A DNA stretch of 64,000 nucleotides from Octopus sinensis (lineage: Eukaryota): positions 434,001 to 498,000 of the forward strand of contig NW_021829832.1 in assembly GCF_006345805.1 (NCBI RefSeq). Direction: 5' to 3'. A program made the position numbers and the translations under genes. Every line of letters starts with the position of its first letter. Positions within the stretch are counted from its first letter, which is position 1. This document shows, one piece after another, positions 25,752-39,810 of the stretch. Below the pieces are notes generated by a model. It made no database searches and had not been told where the DNA came from. It worked only from the letters and a program-made list of their open reading frames with translations.

Positions 25752-28274
25752 TCACTGTCTCGACAAAATTTGAGTCCGAGCATTTATGAATGCTTGAATA
25801 TCGTCATCGACTTCTTTGTCTCCCGTCAACGGGATGTCGGAATAGCTGATCCTTGGTTTATTTGCTTCATCTGTTGTAGCCTCACTGTTATAGAATGGCT
25901 GGATGGGAATGTTGTTGGCTTCATGAGAAACGTTTGTGTCTCCTGACGTATTTTCATTACTTTTTTCAATAGACTGCCGTTGCTATGAAATAAAACCGCA
26001 GGAATCACGTTTTCATAAAATTTGTGATTAAGTTGCCACCAATTATTAAAATTTTTGAGTAGCTTTATTTGAAGATTTTCCAATACAAGTTGTGTGTGCT
26101 CAGTCTCTTGTTTCAATGCCTTTAGTCCGGCCAAATTTTTGTTGTAGCTAGATTATTATTAAACTTTTGTACTTAGTGGTAATGCCGTGGAGTTCTTGAC
26201 GAAGACTGTTTACTTTTATCATAGTCCCTGCTTCAATATTTCGATTGATTTGTTTTTTTAGTTCACCTACAAATAATCAAGTCATTTTAACATATTTCTT
26301 CTTTTTGTTTGAATACATTTGCTCCCAAATTTTTTGCTTTCCCGAAAAGTTCTCGTAGTGTATTTTGCTTCTCAGTAATTTGAGAGTAGTCATCTCCATC
26401 TTTTTTGTATATTTCAAAAATTTCTCTCTGTCCGTCTGACATTTCGTCCACTAAAGAATCTTACCAAACATTTTACTCAAAGTCTTTCTTTGCTTAACGA
26501 GCTGATGCTGATCTTGAATGTTTGTTGTTTCTTGATTTTCGATTATATTTGATAAACATTTATCGTTTTCAGGTTGCTTTGAATTGTTTGCTCGTTCCCT
26601 CTTCAACATTCCAACCAATATGCCTAGTCAATATAGGACTGAGTTTTACTAATTTCAGAGTCACGTTGCTTCACCAGATCTTTTAGAGCGTCATGTTCTG
26701 TGTCTGCAATGTATGAACTATCCCTGGAAATTTTCCAAGTTTCCTAAGAGATTATGAACATGAGAAACTTTCAATTTTAGAAAACATTTTTCAACTTCTT
26801 TGCCGTTGAGAAGAACATTGGGCTGGATTTGACAACCGTTGATCAAGTTCTCTACAAAGGTTCGACATCTTTATAAATCTTTAAAGATTTTTTCTACTTT
26901 TCATTGTCGATGGTGGCCTCTTGTGAAGTGTAAGATGAAAGTTTTGTCTTCAAGTTTTGAATTTCCATTTTGAGAGATTCAACCGTCTCCAAACCTTCAA
27001 TTTCGTTGACCACGGGCATGTTTTGAATCAAAGCCACTCTTTGAGCAAATTTACACGTTGAAATGGACTCCTGCGAATAGTCAAGTCCTCTATACATGTA
27101 TATTTTCTCGTTCGACAGAAATATTTGCAATCATTACAGTCTTGCAATTGCCGCCCAGACTGTCCTTCAAAACTGAAGTCAGCATGGAGTTTCGATATGG
27201 AATATGTTTAGAATTCCGGTTACTCAGGGCTAAAATAACCTAAAAATCAAGAACAATGACTTGAAACATGTTCGAGGTGATGGAGTGATTTGTTGATGTA
27301 TTTAGCCTCCTTCAAAAGAACCCCACTCAACCTCGACTTGGAGACCCGTTCTGATCTGATCGTAAGCAATTGAATTGGTGTACCCTGCAAGGTCGACCAA
27401 ATGAAACTTCGATTTAACGAATGAATTCTGACCGAGTTGATTGGAAGAAATGTGGATTGTAAATATACAGTGTGAACGAGTTGAGGCGTCGTTCATTGGG
27501 GTCTGTTGAATAATTGAGTCCCAACCTCTGCAATGGTCCGATTCGTGTCGCCAATGAAAAGTAAACTCAAAGCATCCTCCACAGACCTTGCTTGGTGGTA
27601 AGAAAGTCCTTTGAGATTGAATTGTCCATTTGTATCTTCCTGTAGAGTTATTTTACTTTTTTAGTTTAAAAAACACAACTTCAAGTCTTCAAGCCTTCGG
27701 GCTGACTCGTCGACCTGAAGTAAGTCGTAGCCAATTTCGTTATAAATCTCCATATAAGATATTTTTAAACTGAAATCACAATCAGGGTTCTACACAATTG
27801 ATCAGTTCTTCATACTTTTTCCAATTCGCTAAAAAAAGCTGCGAGACAACGAGGAATGATTCCCCTATCTTCATATTTCTCCGATCCTCCAGTGATCGTG
27901 AATGTCTTACCACTTCCGGTCTACAATAAATATACAAACAGACCTGTCCATAGGCAAAAACTGTACAGTTATATCCTCGGATGACATTGGCGATGGATGG
28001 TTGGGTAATTTGTTCAAATAGTTCTTGTTGTGTAGAAAAACGGTCGAATATTTTGTTAAATCTACATTTTTTGGCGGAGATGAGACTTGAAAGAATAAAT
28101 TTCTTTTTTATTGTTGACTGTTTCCTTGTCTTTGTGGAAGACATTGAGGGATATTTTTTCTTTTTCTCCGTTTGACGAATCGATGTGATACTGCAAGAAA
28201 TTTGGGCGTGGACTAACATTTGAGTCATTTTTGGATGGTCGAATTCTGCAATAAATGTCGATAAATGCTTCCAT
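25752..28274 (-). CDS. KIF6: Kinesin-9 family motor KIF6
   Basis: [48 protein letters not shown] and [15 protein letters not shown]. The C-terminal [25 protein letters not shown] is typical of KIF6. Confidence 0.9.
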
Positions 28275-28281
28275 CAGTTTT

Positions 28282-28295
28282 ACTTACATGGAAAC
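28282..28295 (-). promoter_or_regulatory. Partial X-box upstream of KIF6
   Basis: GTTTCCATGTAAGT lies 7 nt upstream of the ATG. It has a strong GTTTCCATG half-site and a degenerate second half. Confidence 0.3.
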
Positions 28296-28901
28296 TAAAC
28301 TTTGATATGCTGATTATTTTTAAAACTAGTTTTAAATACTATTTAACAGAATGATATTTACTTTATGCGGCATATTTATTTAATCTATTTATTAGCCTCC
28401 AAATTGCACATTATAATGGAAAATCAGGCACAAACAACAGTCGAAACTGACTAATTGAATGAACAAACCCTGGAATTATTTATGCTGATCCACCTCTAAA
28501 ATCTTTATTACAAACTTCATTTGTGTTTGGAATGGTTTTGCTTAATGTGGGTTTCTTATTGATAATGTGATCAGTGGAAAGTAAGAGATCCTTTTTTACA
28601 ACTGTGTCGTGCTTGACTAGGCCGTCCAAAAGTAATGCAATCGGTTCTATTTTTTACATCGACACGATATATCAACTCAGGCTTATTAGATAACAGGACA
28701 TAATTTATGAGTTTTTTTATGGCCGTGTTATGTCTGACTGTCTGGCCGTGTTATGCCTGACTATTATGTCTGTTTCAATAAAAATGACAATCATGATTTA
28801 CTGATTTTGAGCGAGAATTTTTAATTAATTATATATGAATAATATCCGCATTTTATTAAAATAATATATTAAAAATAAAATATACATAACTACATCGTCT
28901 T

Positions 28902-30807
28902 ATGAGTCTTGTTAGGTGCGTCTCTTTTTACTATAAAAAATATAATAAACAAACATTAAATAACCCAATATTATTTTAGATTACTTCCAAATGTCAAACA
29001 TCCCGATCATTCAGATTCCACCCCACAAGAACACGAAACTGTATGTCAGTATTCTATATCTCAGAAAATTATGCCTGTGAGTGGAGTACCCAGACTTGGA
29101 CATAGACAAGGCTGGGTTCCTCGATGTCCTGCTGTAAGATAACAAATAATAATTCGTTTTGCAGGATTTCGAGGACGGTGGTGCATTTCCTGAGATCCAC
29201 GTGGCTCAATATCCGCTGGGATTAGGCTTGGAGAAGACAAAGTCAAATGCAATGGCCCCCTCACTGGATTCGGAAGGGAAGATCAAATTTGACGCAATAA
29301 TGAGACACGGACACTCTGCAGAGAGGGTTGTCCTCATTTTTCTATCTTAGGTCATTTTTTCCCGATTGGAGGATATGAAGTCGAGGATATTCGACGAAAG
29401 TGACCCTTCCCTTCAAAAACCAAGCGATGAAGAAGCTGCTAAGGTAATAATCGAGGGTTCCTCACTGATTAGATCCACAGAGAGACCCAGGCCGCATTTG
29501 AAAACATTTTGTCGACTAAAACCGACACAATAGCATTTGCCCCGGCCAAACAGAATGCTCCGGTGATCTACCGGTGGGAAATGTGATAATATGGCAGACA
29601 TACCCCCTCACAGCAAGGAATGGCCTTCAATTCGGGGGCTAAACAACGTCTAATTCGGGTTTATGAGGCACAGAAGGATCCAATGGCTCCTTCCAAGTTC
29701 AGAATCAACAAGAAAATCCCGCGAGGTCCCCCATCTCCGCCAGTCCCTGTGTTGCACTCGCCCGATCATAAGGTGGGAAGTGACTTGTAGTGTGCTAGCC
29801 TTCTCAAGAGGAGTTACAAAACTGGAAAATACCGCCATGTATATCGAATTGGAAGAATAATCGGGTTGGTGGTGGGGAGGTTATTGTAGGGATTCACTGT
29901 GCCTTTGGATAAGCGGTTGGCTGCTGACGGAAGGGGACTCCAGTCCCTCCACATCAACGAAAAGTTTGCAAAATTTGCCGAGTCACTTTACATTGCGGAC
30001 AGAAAGGTGATGATTTGTTTGATTGAGTGAATATAGGCGAGGGAGGAGGTAGAGAAGAGGAATCAGTACCATGAGCGGGTGGCTCAGAAAGCGAGGGAGA
30101 GAGAAGAGGAGAGACTGCGTGCTGAGGCTATGAAAGCACGGAATGAGATCATTAACCTCAAGCCTGTGGTGGGAGACGAGGCCTATGATGAAAGAAATGA
30201 GTATCGACTGCAGAAACAGCACGAACGTCAACGTGAGCGTAATATAGCCAGAAGTAACCCCAACAAAAAGTGAGTGGACTGTCTTAATGAGTAGGTCTCG
30301 AATGGACAGGGAGAAGGAACGTGATATTACGGAGAAGTATGCCATAGGAGTGGCCAATCCGAGTAAACTGGGGAACGATGTGGGCCAGTTCGATGCCCGT
30401 CTGTTCAACCAGCCACAAGTATGTGGCATTACTAAGGGTAGGGGGTTGATACGGGGTTTAACGACGGGGATGACGAGGGGTATGATATTTACGACAAGCC
30501 GTGGAGGACTGATGTTGCCTCGCAGATATATCGTCCGTCCAAGTCGGCTATTGACAAGGAAGTCTATGGAGACGAACTGCAAAAGCAAATACAAACCAAT
30601 CGGTGCTCTTTGTGTGGTATTTTTAGTTTTGTGCCTGAGAGAGGCTTTAAGGGAGCTGACAGAGAGGCGAGGGCTGATGGTGGTCCTGTTCAGTTTGAGA
30701 GGGATGATGATCCATTTGGTCTTAAAAAGTTTCTAAGTGAGGCCAAGTCAAGTGGTCGTAAGCGACCGACTGACGACACTGGGGAATCGACTTCAAAACG
30801 AACATAA
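28902..30807 (+). CDS. SNW1: SNW1/SKIP/Prp45 spliceosomal protein
   Basis: MSLV|RLLP..., DFEDGGAFPEIHVAQYPLG, SGAKQRLIR, DPMAPSKF, KIPRGPPSPPVPVLHSP and PPCISNWKN. About 12 introns. Confidence 0.95.
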
Positions 30808-30959
30808 TATTGCTTTATTCTTTTGTTGTTTTTAAATAATTTGGTCACTTAATTTACATCGGCTGACTTTAATTTTTGGATATTTTTAAATAACATAGTT
30901 AGTTAATACATGTTCGCGTTATCAATAAACAGTTTCTATAGTTTCGCGTGTGCCATGTT

Positions 30960-31760
30960 CTTAACTATTCTCTTCGCTGGTCTTGTCCATTCGTTTCTAT
31001 CCTATTTCTTCTAGACTGTCAGCGTCCTTCAATCGACCCCCGATGACAGCATAATCTTCCGAAAGGGTCTTGACGAGACATCCTCTTGCACGCCCTCTAT
31101 AAGTTGGATATTTATTATGGCAGAAAAATTCTTCCATGGCAGCGTTGCACGGTGTTTCTTCATTCATCCGTAAAATATAGCCACAAAGACGCCAACGAGC
31201 TTCACTAACATCCTGACTTATTGGTACACATCCAGTCAGCCTGTATAATTTTTTGTTCGAGATTTTTTTTCCCAAGAATAGCTAAGGAGTTTTTTTAGTT
31301 AGTCTCTGTAAAAAGAGTCAAGTTGTTCCATGTCTTTCTTTGATATTCCCCATGTGCCTGCGTTGTATATGAGAACTGGTCGGACAAATGCTTTAGATAA
31401 GCGCAACCGCATTTTTGCATGAATTTGTTTTTTCTCAATAAAATCAATTGTAGTTTTTTGAGTGGTATTCTGGCTAAGATCTTCCGTCGTGTAATATCTT
31501 CCGAGTCGCCAAGTAAAGATCCGAGTTTTCTGCTACTTCTTCTCCGCTTGGGTAGGCATTCGTTCAATAGTGGTTAATTCTGTTTTATTTTCATTGATTT
31601 TGAGAGACCATTTACTCAGAATTGTTTTTGTTTTCTCTGCAATAACGTCTATAAATTCCTGTTTTTTCGCGACAAAATCGACATCATCCGCGTAAATGAG
31701 TTCCATTAAGTGATCGTCCAGACTTCCGATTACCCAAAAAAACATCCAAAGAACAAGGAA
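30960..31760 (-). mobile_element. RTE-like LINE remnant (copy 1)
   Basis: ELIYADDVDFV, RKLGSLLGDSEDITRRK and EARWRLCGYILRM, with frameshifts. Confidence 0.75.
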
Positions 31761-33016
31761 AAATCATCAACGGGGAGATAAAAACAAGGCACCGAAGTGT
31801 CTTTTTCAGTGCTAACCCCAATTATAGTGATCAAACACAAGTTTTCTTCAAAATCATCCGGATCGTGGACACAGAAGATTCTTGCGAGATTTCTAGTTTT
31901 TCATCAATGGGAAACGTCTTGTATTTTCCAACAGTTCTATAAGGTAGTCACTCTCTAGAATCTATAGAAAGAATCTTGCTTAAATGAAATTAAGTTGTTT
32001 GAGAACGAGGATGACCGATTCATATCTTAACGATATATTAGCAATTAGTCAGATTATTGACTAAAATAAATTCACTTCTTTGTAATCACTTTTAACTAAT
32101 AAATCTGCAAGCGTTGCCGTGGAGCGGTTCGTTCCAAGCAAAAAAATAGTTTGTGCGTTACCGTTGACGATTGCAAACGAAACGAGATCCTCTGTCTCAG
32201 CCAAGAGGATTCTCGTATATCGTTATTTTTGCGACCGATAAGGATTTTTTCTCGTTTGGCCCAAATCGCATACAAAAATAAAATTTTGCCCCACGAAGAC
32301 AAAAATCATGCCGACCCCTGCTCTAGTTGTACGTTTTCGGATCCAGATGGAACTTGGTTAAGCTTTTAAAAATCCTCACACTCCTCTTCCTTTGATTTGC
32401 TCCGTGGTCTGCCCTCTTGGATGACAAATCCGTTCTGATCGGGATTTGGATTTTAAAGTGGGTAGCCTCATGCCTGTCGATGCGGGAAATTTGTCGATTC
32501 TAAGGAAATTTGCCCCCTCTTTTGCAAACGGGTAGATTTACTAGGTACTCCTCGTTAAACAACATTATCAGCTGAGTCCCGAAGTCAACCTGCTTTCGTT
32601 GTGAAATAAACTCCGTGAACACATAAAAAAATTTTATTAAAAAATCAGTAATTTTAGTTTTTAATCTAGATTTTCTTAGTTTTTGACCAATATTTTCCAA
32701 CAGGGGAATTTCCCTAAGAAATTTGTATTTTTATTTAAAAAATGGCGGATCCGAGAAAGTTTAAAGTACTCTGGAATCAGCGAAGACTTCCATTGTCCTC
32801 AGATCCCTGTCATTTTCAAAGTGAAGACCCGCAAATTGATTTCTTTGGTGGGCTCTTCCATCTTCAAAAAACATATGGTTCCATAGAGAAAACCTGGGTG
32901 TTCCGAAAAATCACTTTAGCCATTTTACGGTTATAGAAAATTTAAAAGTAATTTTTTTAATTAAAAAACAATTCCATAATAGTATCATTAATTAAAAACA
33001 CATAATTTGTATTGTT

Positions 33017-33773
33017 ATGTCAAAGGTCAGTCGGATATATTTGATATTGTACAACACAATCTCCTTCTCAGGGTGATTATTATATGAAAAATAAATAGCT
33101 GGGTATATATTCTAATGAAAACGATTCACTCCATAATGACAGGCTCGTCCCTTTTTGATTCGTTACAATCGGTCGTGTCATTCTTCCAAACGATGGCTAT
33201 TTTAGAAGTAGTAATTTTAATTATTCATTTAGATAATCCACGCCAGCAGTGGTCTTGTTCGTGCAAATCCTGCAATCACGACTATGCAGGTCAGTATGGT
33301 TAAGTCTATTCGAGGTCTTTTCTCGTGTCACTATTTGGTGGATTTGTGTAAAGGCAATGCCCGTTCATGTCCACTACCAACTGGCCTTGAGGTGTCTCCT
33401 AACTGCCTGGTCTCTGTCGGAGGTGGTTAGGTACTCATTCTATGCCCTGAATCTGCTGGATATTTCACTTTATTTTGTCCTGTGGTGTCGATACTCGTTT
33501 TTCATCATTTTATACCCAATTGGAGTGATGGTGTGATTATTTATGTGTTGATCATCAGGCTGAATTGGCATTACTGTACAATTCTATGATGTACATGTTC
33601 GCAAACGATTGGGGGATCAAACTCCCGAATATAGCAAATGTGGAAATCAGCTTTCCATGGCTACTTGGAGTGATGATACTCTCATATCCTCGCTGTTGAT
33701 TATATACCAGTCATTCTTAGACTTCCCCCAACTGTATCGACACATGCTTACTCAACGGAAGAAAATTCTTTAA
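33017..33773 (+). CDS. HACD: 3-hydroxyacyl-CoA dehydratase (PTPLA/HACD family)
   Basis: YLILYN...GW, FQTMAILE, TTMQ|VFSRV, AWSLSEVVRYSFY, RYSFFIILYPIGV and FPQLYRHMLTQRKKIL*. Confidence 0.92.
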
Positions 33774-34039
33774 ATTTACTATTATTATAACGCCGGCCTA
33801 TTCCTATCATTTTATTATTTCTTATTTTCAGAATAAATTTACCAAATAAATCTTTTATAAAATATTAGCTTTCCAATTTATAAACCAATAAATGAAAATT
33901 TGTAGTAGAAAAAGACGTCAGGTTTAGTTTTATAATCAAAAGTAGAATTAGCTCAACCTCACTTTCTCAAGAATACTAACAATCATTGTAGAAGATTAAA
34001 TTTTCTACGGAAAGGCTTAGCTAGCATTGTGTTGGAACG

Positions 34040-34726
34040 AATAATGAACCAGCCTATGAATATATACCAGAAAGTCAAAGTGGGTTTAGAGAAGGATGAT
34101 CAACAGTTGATGGAGTCACAGATACAGATGTGCAACATATCACAGATATTGCAATGCCACTCACATTCTGTGAATAGATCTATCAAAAGCCTTTGACTGG
34201 TTAACAAGAACAAACTGATGACAGTGCTGGAAGGGATTATTGACGAATCGAATCTAAGAATGACCCAAATCTTTCTATCTAACACAGAACTCCTTGAGAG
34301 TTGGAAAAACCTAATCAAGGAAATTTGAAACAAACACTTCTCTGGGCGAGTCCCTGTCTCTGCTAAATATACTCGGAGGCCGCTATGAGGGAACTAAGAC
34401 TATTATAACAAAGAAAAATAGAAAAAGTGATTTATGCCGATAATGTCGACCTAATCTCTGAAGACAAAGAACTCCTGAAAAATGTACTAAAAAAGCACCA
34501 AATATACTTTGGAAATGGTTTCTCTCCGTAAACAGGGAAAAACAAAATGTACAGAAATAAGACAAATGAATAACCCACTCAAAGAGAAAAGGAGGAACAC
34601 TAAAAAACTTGGCTCTCTATTAGGAGACAGTGAAGATATCACACGAAGAAAAACCCTGGCAAACGCGGCATTAATAATCATTGCAAACAAGTCAGCCGAA
34701 TATTTTTCGAAGATGCAAGTAATAAA
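34040..34726 (+). mobile_element. RTE-like LINE remnant (copy 2), abutting the Trio stop codon
   Basis: PESQSGFR, DLSKAFD-like segment and KKLGSLLGDSEDITRRKTLA. Confidence 0.75.
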
Positions 34727-34730
34727 TATA

Positions 34731-37700
34731 TTAAATATGCACACCAGGTAAAAACGATTTCCGCGTTTCGTGGGCGAACCTCGGGGAAAGTCTTTGAGAA
34801 GCCTCATTTAGTTTTTTCACCCAGACCTTTTGACTCTGCCTCGAACTGGTCTAACAAATATTACAACAACACCAACGCGGAAAATAAACTCCTCTCCAGA
34901 TGACTTGACTTTGAACTGTTCCTCCTCTCGGTCATCGAATACCAAGCACATCTCACTCACCTGACAATTATAAAACACAAATACTGGCAACTGGTACAGA
35001 AACACATAACTAATCAAATTCTTCAGGATCTTCCCAACCACCAAGTAGCTCTCAAACAACACGACAATTCGCTCTCGGTCTCGACTCATCTTGGAACTAC
35101 TCCGTCTCACCACAACTCGCTCTTGATGAAGCAAATCTCCATAGAATGCTCTATTCTCCTACTCAATCAACCAGGTAGGACACACCGGCAGTCCAGTAAG
35201 ATTGTGGACATGAATAGCGTTGTTTGCATGCTCGGGGACATCTGACATTAGTTGGAGTGCTTCCTTCAATTCGGTGGAACAGAACTGATTCTTTTCAACC
35301 AACTTTGCTAGAAGAAGATGATATTTCGTAATCCTCTGGACAGGTCTCGCAAGATAACTGTCGAGTGAGATCTCCAACTTATACTCGAATTGGAATTTCT
35401 GGTTTAAATATTCAAACAAAAATACACGAAAAAAATCCCAACAACTATCGGGGAGTGAGTTGTCGGCCTCGTACTTATTGACACAATACTGAACATACAC
35501 AGAAAAGGTCTCGCACTACAAACATGAGGAGGACAACACACCCATGTGATAAAACAGTGTCCCACGTCATCACTCATCGACTCACACGTCTCCAAGTCGG
35601 GGAGGAATATTCTACCATCACACTATGCCATCACCCTTTGTGGAAGTTGTAAATGTCCTCAATGTTCCCAAAGATGAGTCCCATGTTCTCCTCCACACAG
35701 ACGGGGACCTTCAACTGGGGTGACCGCAGTGGAGTCAAATACAACTAGCCTCACAAATCCCCACAAACCTTGACACAACACTCCAAGTCCTTCACATACA
35801 CGTGCTCTGTGGCAACCAATTCCCTCAAAATATTCCTCGTCCTTGAAAAGTCTGAATTTACCTTATTTCCTTATCGTCGGTGGATATGTCTATACTCCTC
35901 GGCAGGTCGTCACTGCTCACGGATTTCCCATGCGAGCTGGAAAACTCCCGGAATCTCTTATCCACTGCCAGACACCAGGACTTGATGCTGGTGCTGTGGA
36001 TTGACCCCTCACATTCCAATGCGGTCACCGACACCTCACGGAATGTCCTCTCCAGTCCTCTCAAACGCTGCCTTTTAAAGAAATAACAAACTTTGCTGAA
36101 CTGAGGTGACTCGTCGCTTATATTTTTGAGCAGACTGAGGATCTGTGAGTGTTGGGGAGGAGACTGACCTCCTTTCCACATCGTTCAAGACGGACGTAGT
36201 TCTGGCAGTGGAAGTAGTCGTCTCTTCTATTCACCCACAACACCAACACAGACTTTTCCAAATCCATGACCCGTGCCAGTCTATCTAACAAATAATCCGA
36301 GGAGACTGCCCTTGACAGACGAGGTGTCTGCCCCTTCGTCCTGTCGGAGAATATATTTTATAAATATATCTGCAGCCTTCCTTACCAATGTGCATGCCTT
36401 GTTATATATCCACATTACTTTCATAAAGTCTTGTTTCCGTTTGTTGTGACACGAAATATGCTCGTCCAAGGTGAGGAGGACATCCTCAGTCTTCACAGCA
36501 CACCAGTCAGTCCCCTTTATTGAATAGTCCTTCTCCAATGCCTCCAGTGCAGCACACACCTGATTGACTGTCCCATAGTAGTCCATTCCAGCAGTCGACA
36601 GCTTTATTCTTCCATCCAATGTATTACGTAATCGTAGCCACTCTGAACTCACTCTGTCCACCAACACTCGGACTCCTGCCTTGTCGTAGTGGCCACCACT
36701 CATCAGACACTCCGCCTCCTCAAACAATGAGACTGCTGCCTTGTATGTCCCCTATTTTCAGTATTTTCAAATACCTCCATCGACTTTTTGAGACTCCCCA
36801 ATTCATTGTTCATTCTTTCCGAGTCTTGGAGCGACAGGGGACACCATGTCTGGGTGTTGAGTAGTGCCTCATTCGCTCTCATCAATTTAAACACCCGAAT
36901 ACTCCACAATCACCAACCTTGTCTGCTGACATTGTGACATTGCAGTGGGATAAATACAAATTCAACACATTTTCCCTTCGCTTTGATAACTCCTCCAAAT
37001 GTCCCCTCCACTTGGCCACACTTGTCCTCATTGCCTTCACACCCTCCGACATAGTCCTGCCATCATCCACCACAATCTCATCCCGTCCAGACAATCTCTA
37101 CACTTGACTGCTCTTCAATAACCTCCATTGTCCTCCGTGACATGCATGAAATGTTTCCAATGAGATTATTAAACTGCACATTGATTGTCTTGTGCTCCTC
37201 AATCGACACTCGTGCCTTCTCAATGTCACAGTCCGATGGAATTGCAGAGAACTGTTTCTTCCATACTCGGAATGCCACTGAGATCTCCTCATACATATTC
37301 TCCATTTCACGATACTCCTGACACACAGAAAGAAACAAAATGTGCTCTCTGATTTGAAGATCCACCGACTCGACTTGCCCACGAATATACCCAATCCTCT
37401 CTTCCCAATCAAACCAAATTACCTACCTCTAATAAAGCTGATATCTGAGTCACTGACATGCAGTAATCCACCACTCCCTCTACTTAAACCTCCAGGCAAA
37501 CAAATATACTCAATTATAGTCAACAGACGAGTCCCCTCCTCTCCAGTCAAGGAATGTGCTGATTTTAACTCATCAGCCAATTTGGGGAAGTAACCCAAAC
37601 TGTGGACAATCTCATTTGCCAGAGGACAGTTCCTTTTATGAAAACAGGCCTCCACAGCTTTCTCAGCAATGTGAGTGAACTACCACAGTGACATTGAGAG

Positions 37701-39810
37701 AACAGACTAAATCGAGTTGCTGGTGAAATTCCACACAACAATCCACGACTGCACGACAGAATTCGAGGACTTGGGAATATTCTCTGACAGTCCCTTCCAA
37801 CTCTGAGCTCAAAGATGACATTTTCACACAAAATGGGCCTGAAAATAGTTCTTGTGCCTGTGCCAACAGTCTGTCACTCCCAGAAATGACACTCTGCACT
37901 CAACAGTCAAATCAACCTGAGAAATGATTTCAAATTCCTTCAGCCGACTCTGATTCTCGAGCCCTCCCTTCACTGACCTGGACACCAAATGAAGATTCTG
38001 AAGGAATACGTACCCCGACTGGTCAAACCACTCCCTGATCTACTATATAAGCAGACTGGGATGACAGATTGGGAATCCCTCAGGAACAATTCGACCTGAG
38101 CCATACTTCCACTCAACTCACGTGCCTGTTCCCACAAATCCCCGACAGTGGAATTCAGTCCATGTCGGTCAACTCCTTGAAGGACTGAGTACTCCCAATA
38201 ATGAACAAATCATCCCCCATTGACTGCATATACTGTCGGACACTCCGATGACTTTGCACAACCTTCTCGTGGATGCCCGACACCTTCTCATATCCCTTTC
38301 TCAGGTCAGTGAACTGAGACTCGGAAATGGTGCCCTGTAAGTCAGGGGCCCACATTCTCAGCCACTCTTTGGCCATACAAGTGAACTACCAATGGGACTG
38401 TGTTCTACCTCCTGACTTGTCTGGTGATATCTCAATGACTGTCCAATCAACTGTGTCCTCATGTCCAGCAGGGAGGAATATCGCTTCCACTTTTCTCTGA
38501 GTTCAATGCAGTGTCCGTGGACTACATTGGGGATGTAACACCCCTCCCCATACAACCGCCGTCCCTCTACTACTGTCGTCTTCACTTTCCCATATAAAAC
38601 CTAAGATAACTTCCCCTTTGCTCTAAACCAGTGATTCTTCTCTCAATTTATTCTGATCGGATTCAATTTCCCTCATTTGCGAGTCATTGTTGATAAAAAA
38701 CAGTTTTTGTGACAACAAATCGACATTTCCCAAACAGGTGATGATCTATCCAAATGAGTGAACTGACTACCTCACTATAATCGTCCTCGAATTGCAAAAT
38801 ATCCCTAAACTGTCCCAACTTGTCGTTCGAGGCTTTATAAAGCTTGTCGATTGCCGCATATCGATCACTCAGCACATCCATTTGTCGTTTTATGGTAAAA
38901 TAGGCATCCCCAAAGTGGATATTCCCCCACAAAATATCCCCATTCGGCACTAATCGACTCAAAATCTCATCCCCTCGAATCAGGATTTCTTTTAGAGGCA
39001 CATTCCCCAGTCGAACCCCCAAATCTGAATACAGCCTTTGGAAGGACTCAATGTGGTCTCGAGAAAGCTTAAAGTCATCGAGGACTATGCTCTTCTGTAG
39101 CTCATTTATAATCATCAACTGCGACCCCACAAACGAATAAAATGTCTCCAATGTCTTTAATCAATAATGGCGGGAAAACCATTTGAATGTCCACCCAAAT
39201 GTCGTGTTTGTACCTCACTGTTCCTTCGACGTCTTCTGAGAGGTTTTCCCGCCCAATAAGGTGGAGTACCACTTCCAAAGGAGTGACAGTCACCTTCAAC
39301 TAAGGGGACCAAAATGCCTGGAATTTGAAGTTTCGAGTCAAAAGAGAGATTTTGGCCTTCTCAAGCAGCCTCTCTGATCTGGCCACATAAACAGAGGAGA
39401 CCCTCTGACTGAGGACGGTCTATCAATTCAATAAAAGTACGGACGTGGATTGCCAGGAGAATTATCCTAAGGGAAGACAGACTGGCCTGTCGGGCGTCCA
39501 CAGTGACCACGAGACTGATTTGTTTGCTAGGAATATTGGATGGAGGACAAATACGAGGGAATGCTGCTAATATAGGCGAGTACAGTGCACAGATTGTGAC
39601 TGTATGACGTTTGTTTGAGTAGTTTTTCAGATTTGGGGAGGTTTGGGGGGATTTGGTTGAGAGCAGGGTCGGGGATATGGATTATATGTAAGTCATCTGA
39701 AAGGGCACTGCCTTTGTGGTTGTTTATTAGTTAAATGTGCCTGGAAGGATGGCTAATTTTTGTTTGAGGAGGTCGTAGATTGGAGGAAAGTCACGGGTGG
39801 ATGTGCGCAT
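34731..39810 (-). CDS. TRIO: Trio/Kalirin-like RhoGEF: SEC14 + spectrin repeats + one DH-PH
   Basis: N-terminal LLKQKLAILPG...LAYISSIPS...VTVDAR (SEC14), spectrin repeats (GEGCYIPNVVHG, RKWKRYSSLLDMR, KACTLVRK), DH LDSYLARPVQRITKYHLLL and PH RERIVVLFE. About 20 mini-introns, two of them GC-AG. Confidence 0.88.

Noticed and set aside
28420-28660. KHDTVVKRI-like peptide suggesting a retroelement remnant
   Set aside because: A single weak motif is insufficient support.
28721-28770. Short tandem duplications (also 42311-42333 and 50510-50580)
   Set aside because: Only two imperfect copies each, with no spacers or associated genes. They are ordinary slippage, not CRISPR-like.
32230-32420. Short matches to U4/U4atac (GTCGGCAT..ATTTTTG; CAACTAGAGC) and an RNase MRP P4-like pairing
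   Set aside because: The spacing is incompatible and the other conserved elements are absent. Kept only as part of the unexplained block.
33692-33720. Possible GC donor in the last HACD intron
   Set aside because: A GT donor 3 nt downstream gives an in-frame 26-nt intron.
39600-39700. Apparent frameshift or non-canonical intron in Trio exon 2
   Set aside because: Recounting the G6 run shows the frame is continuous.
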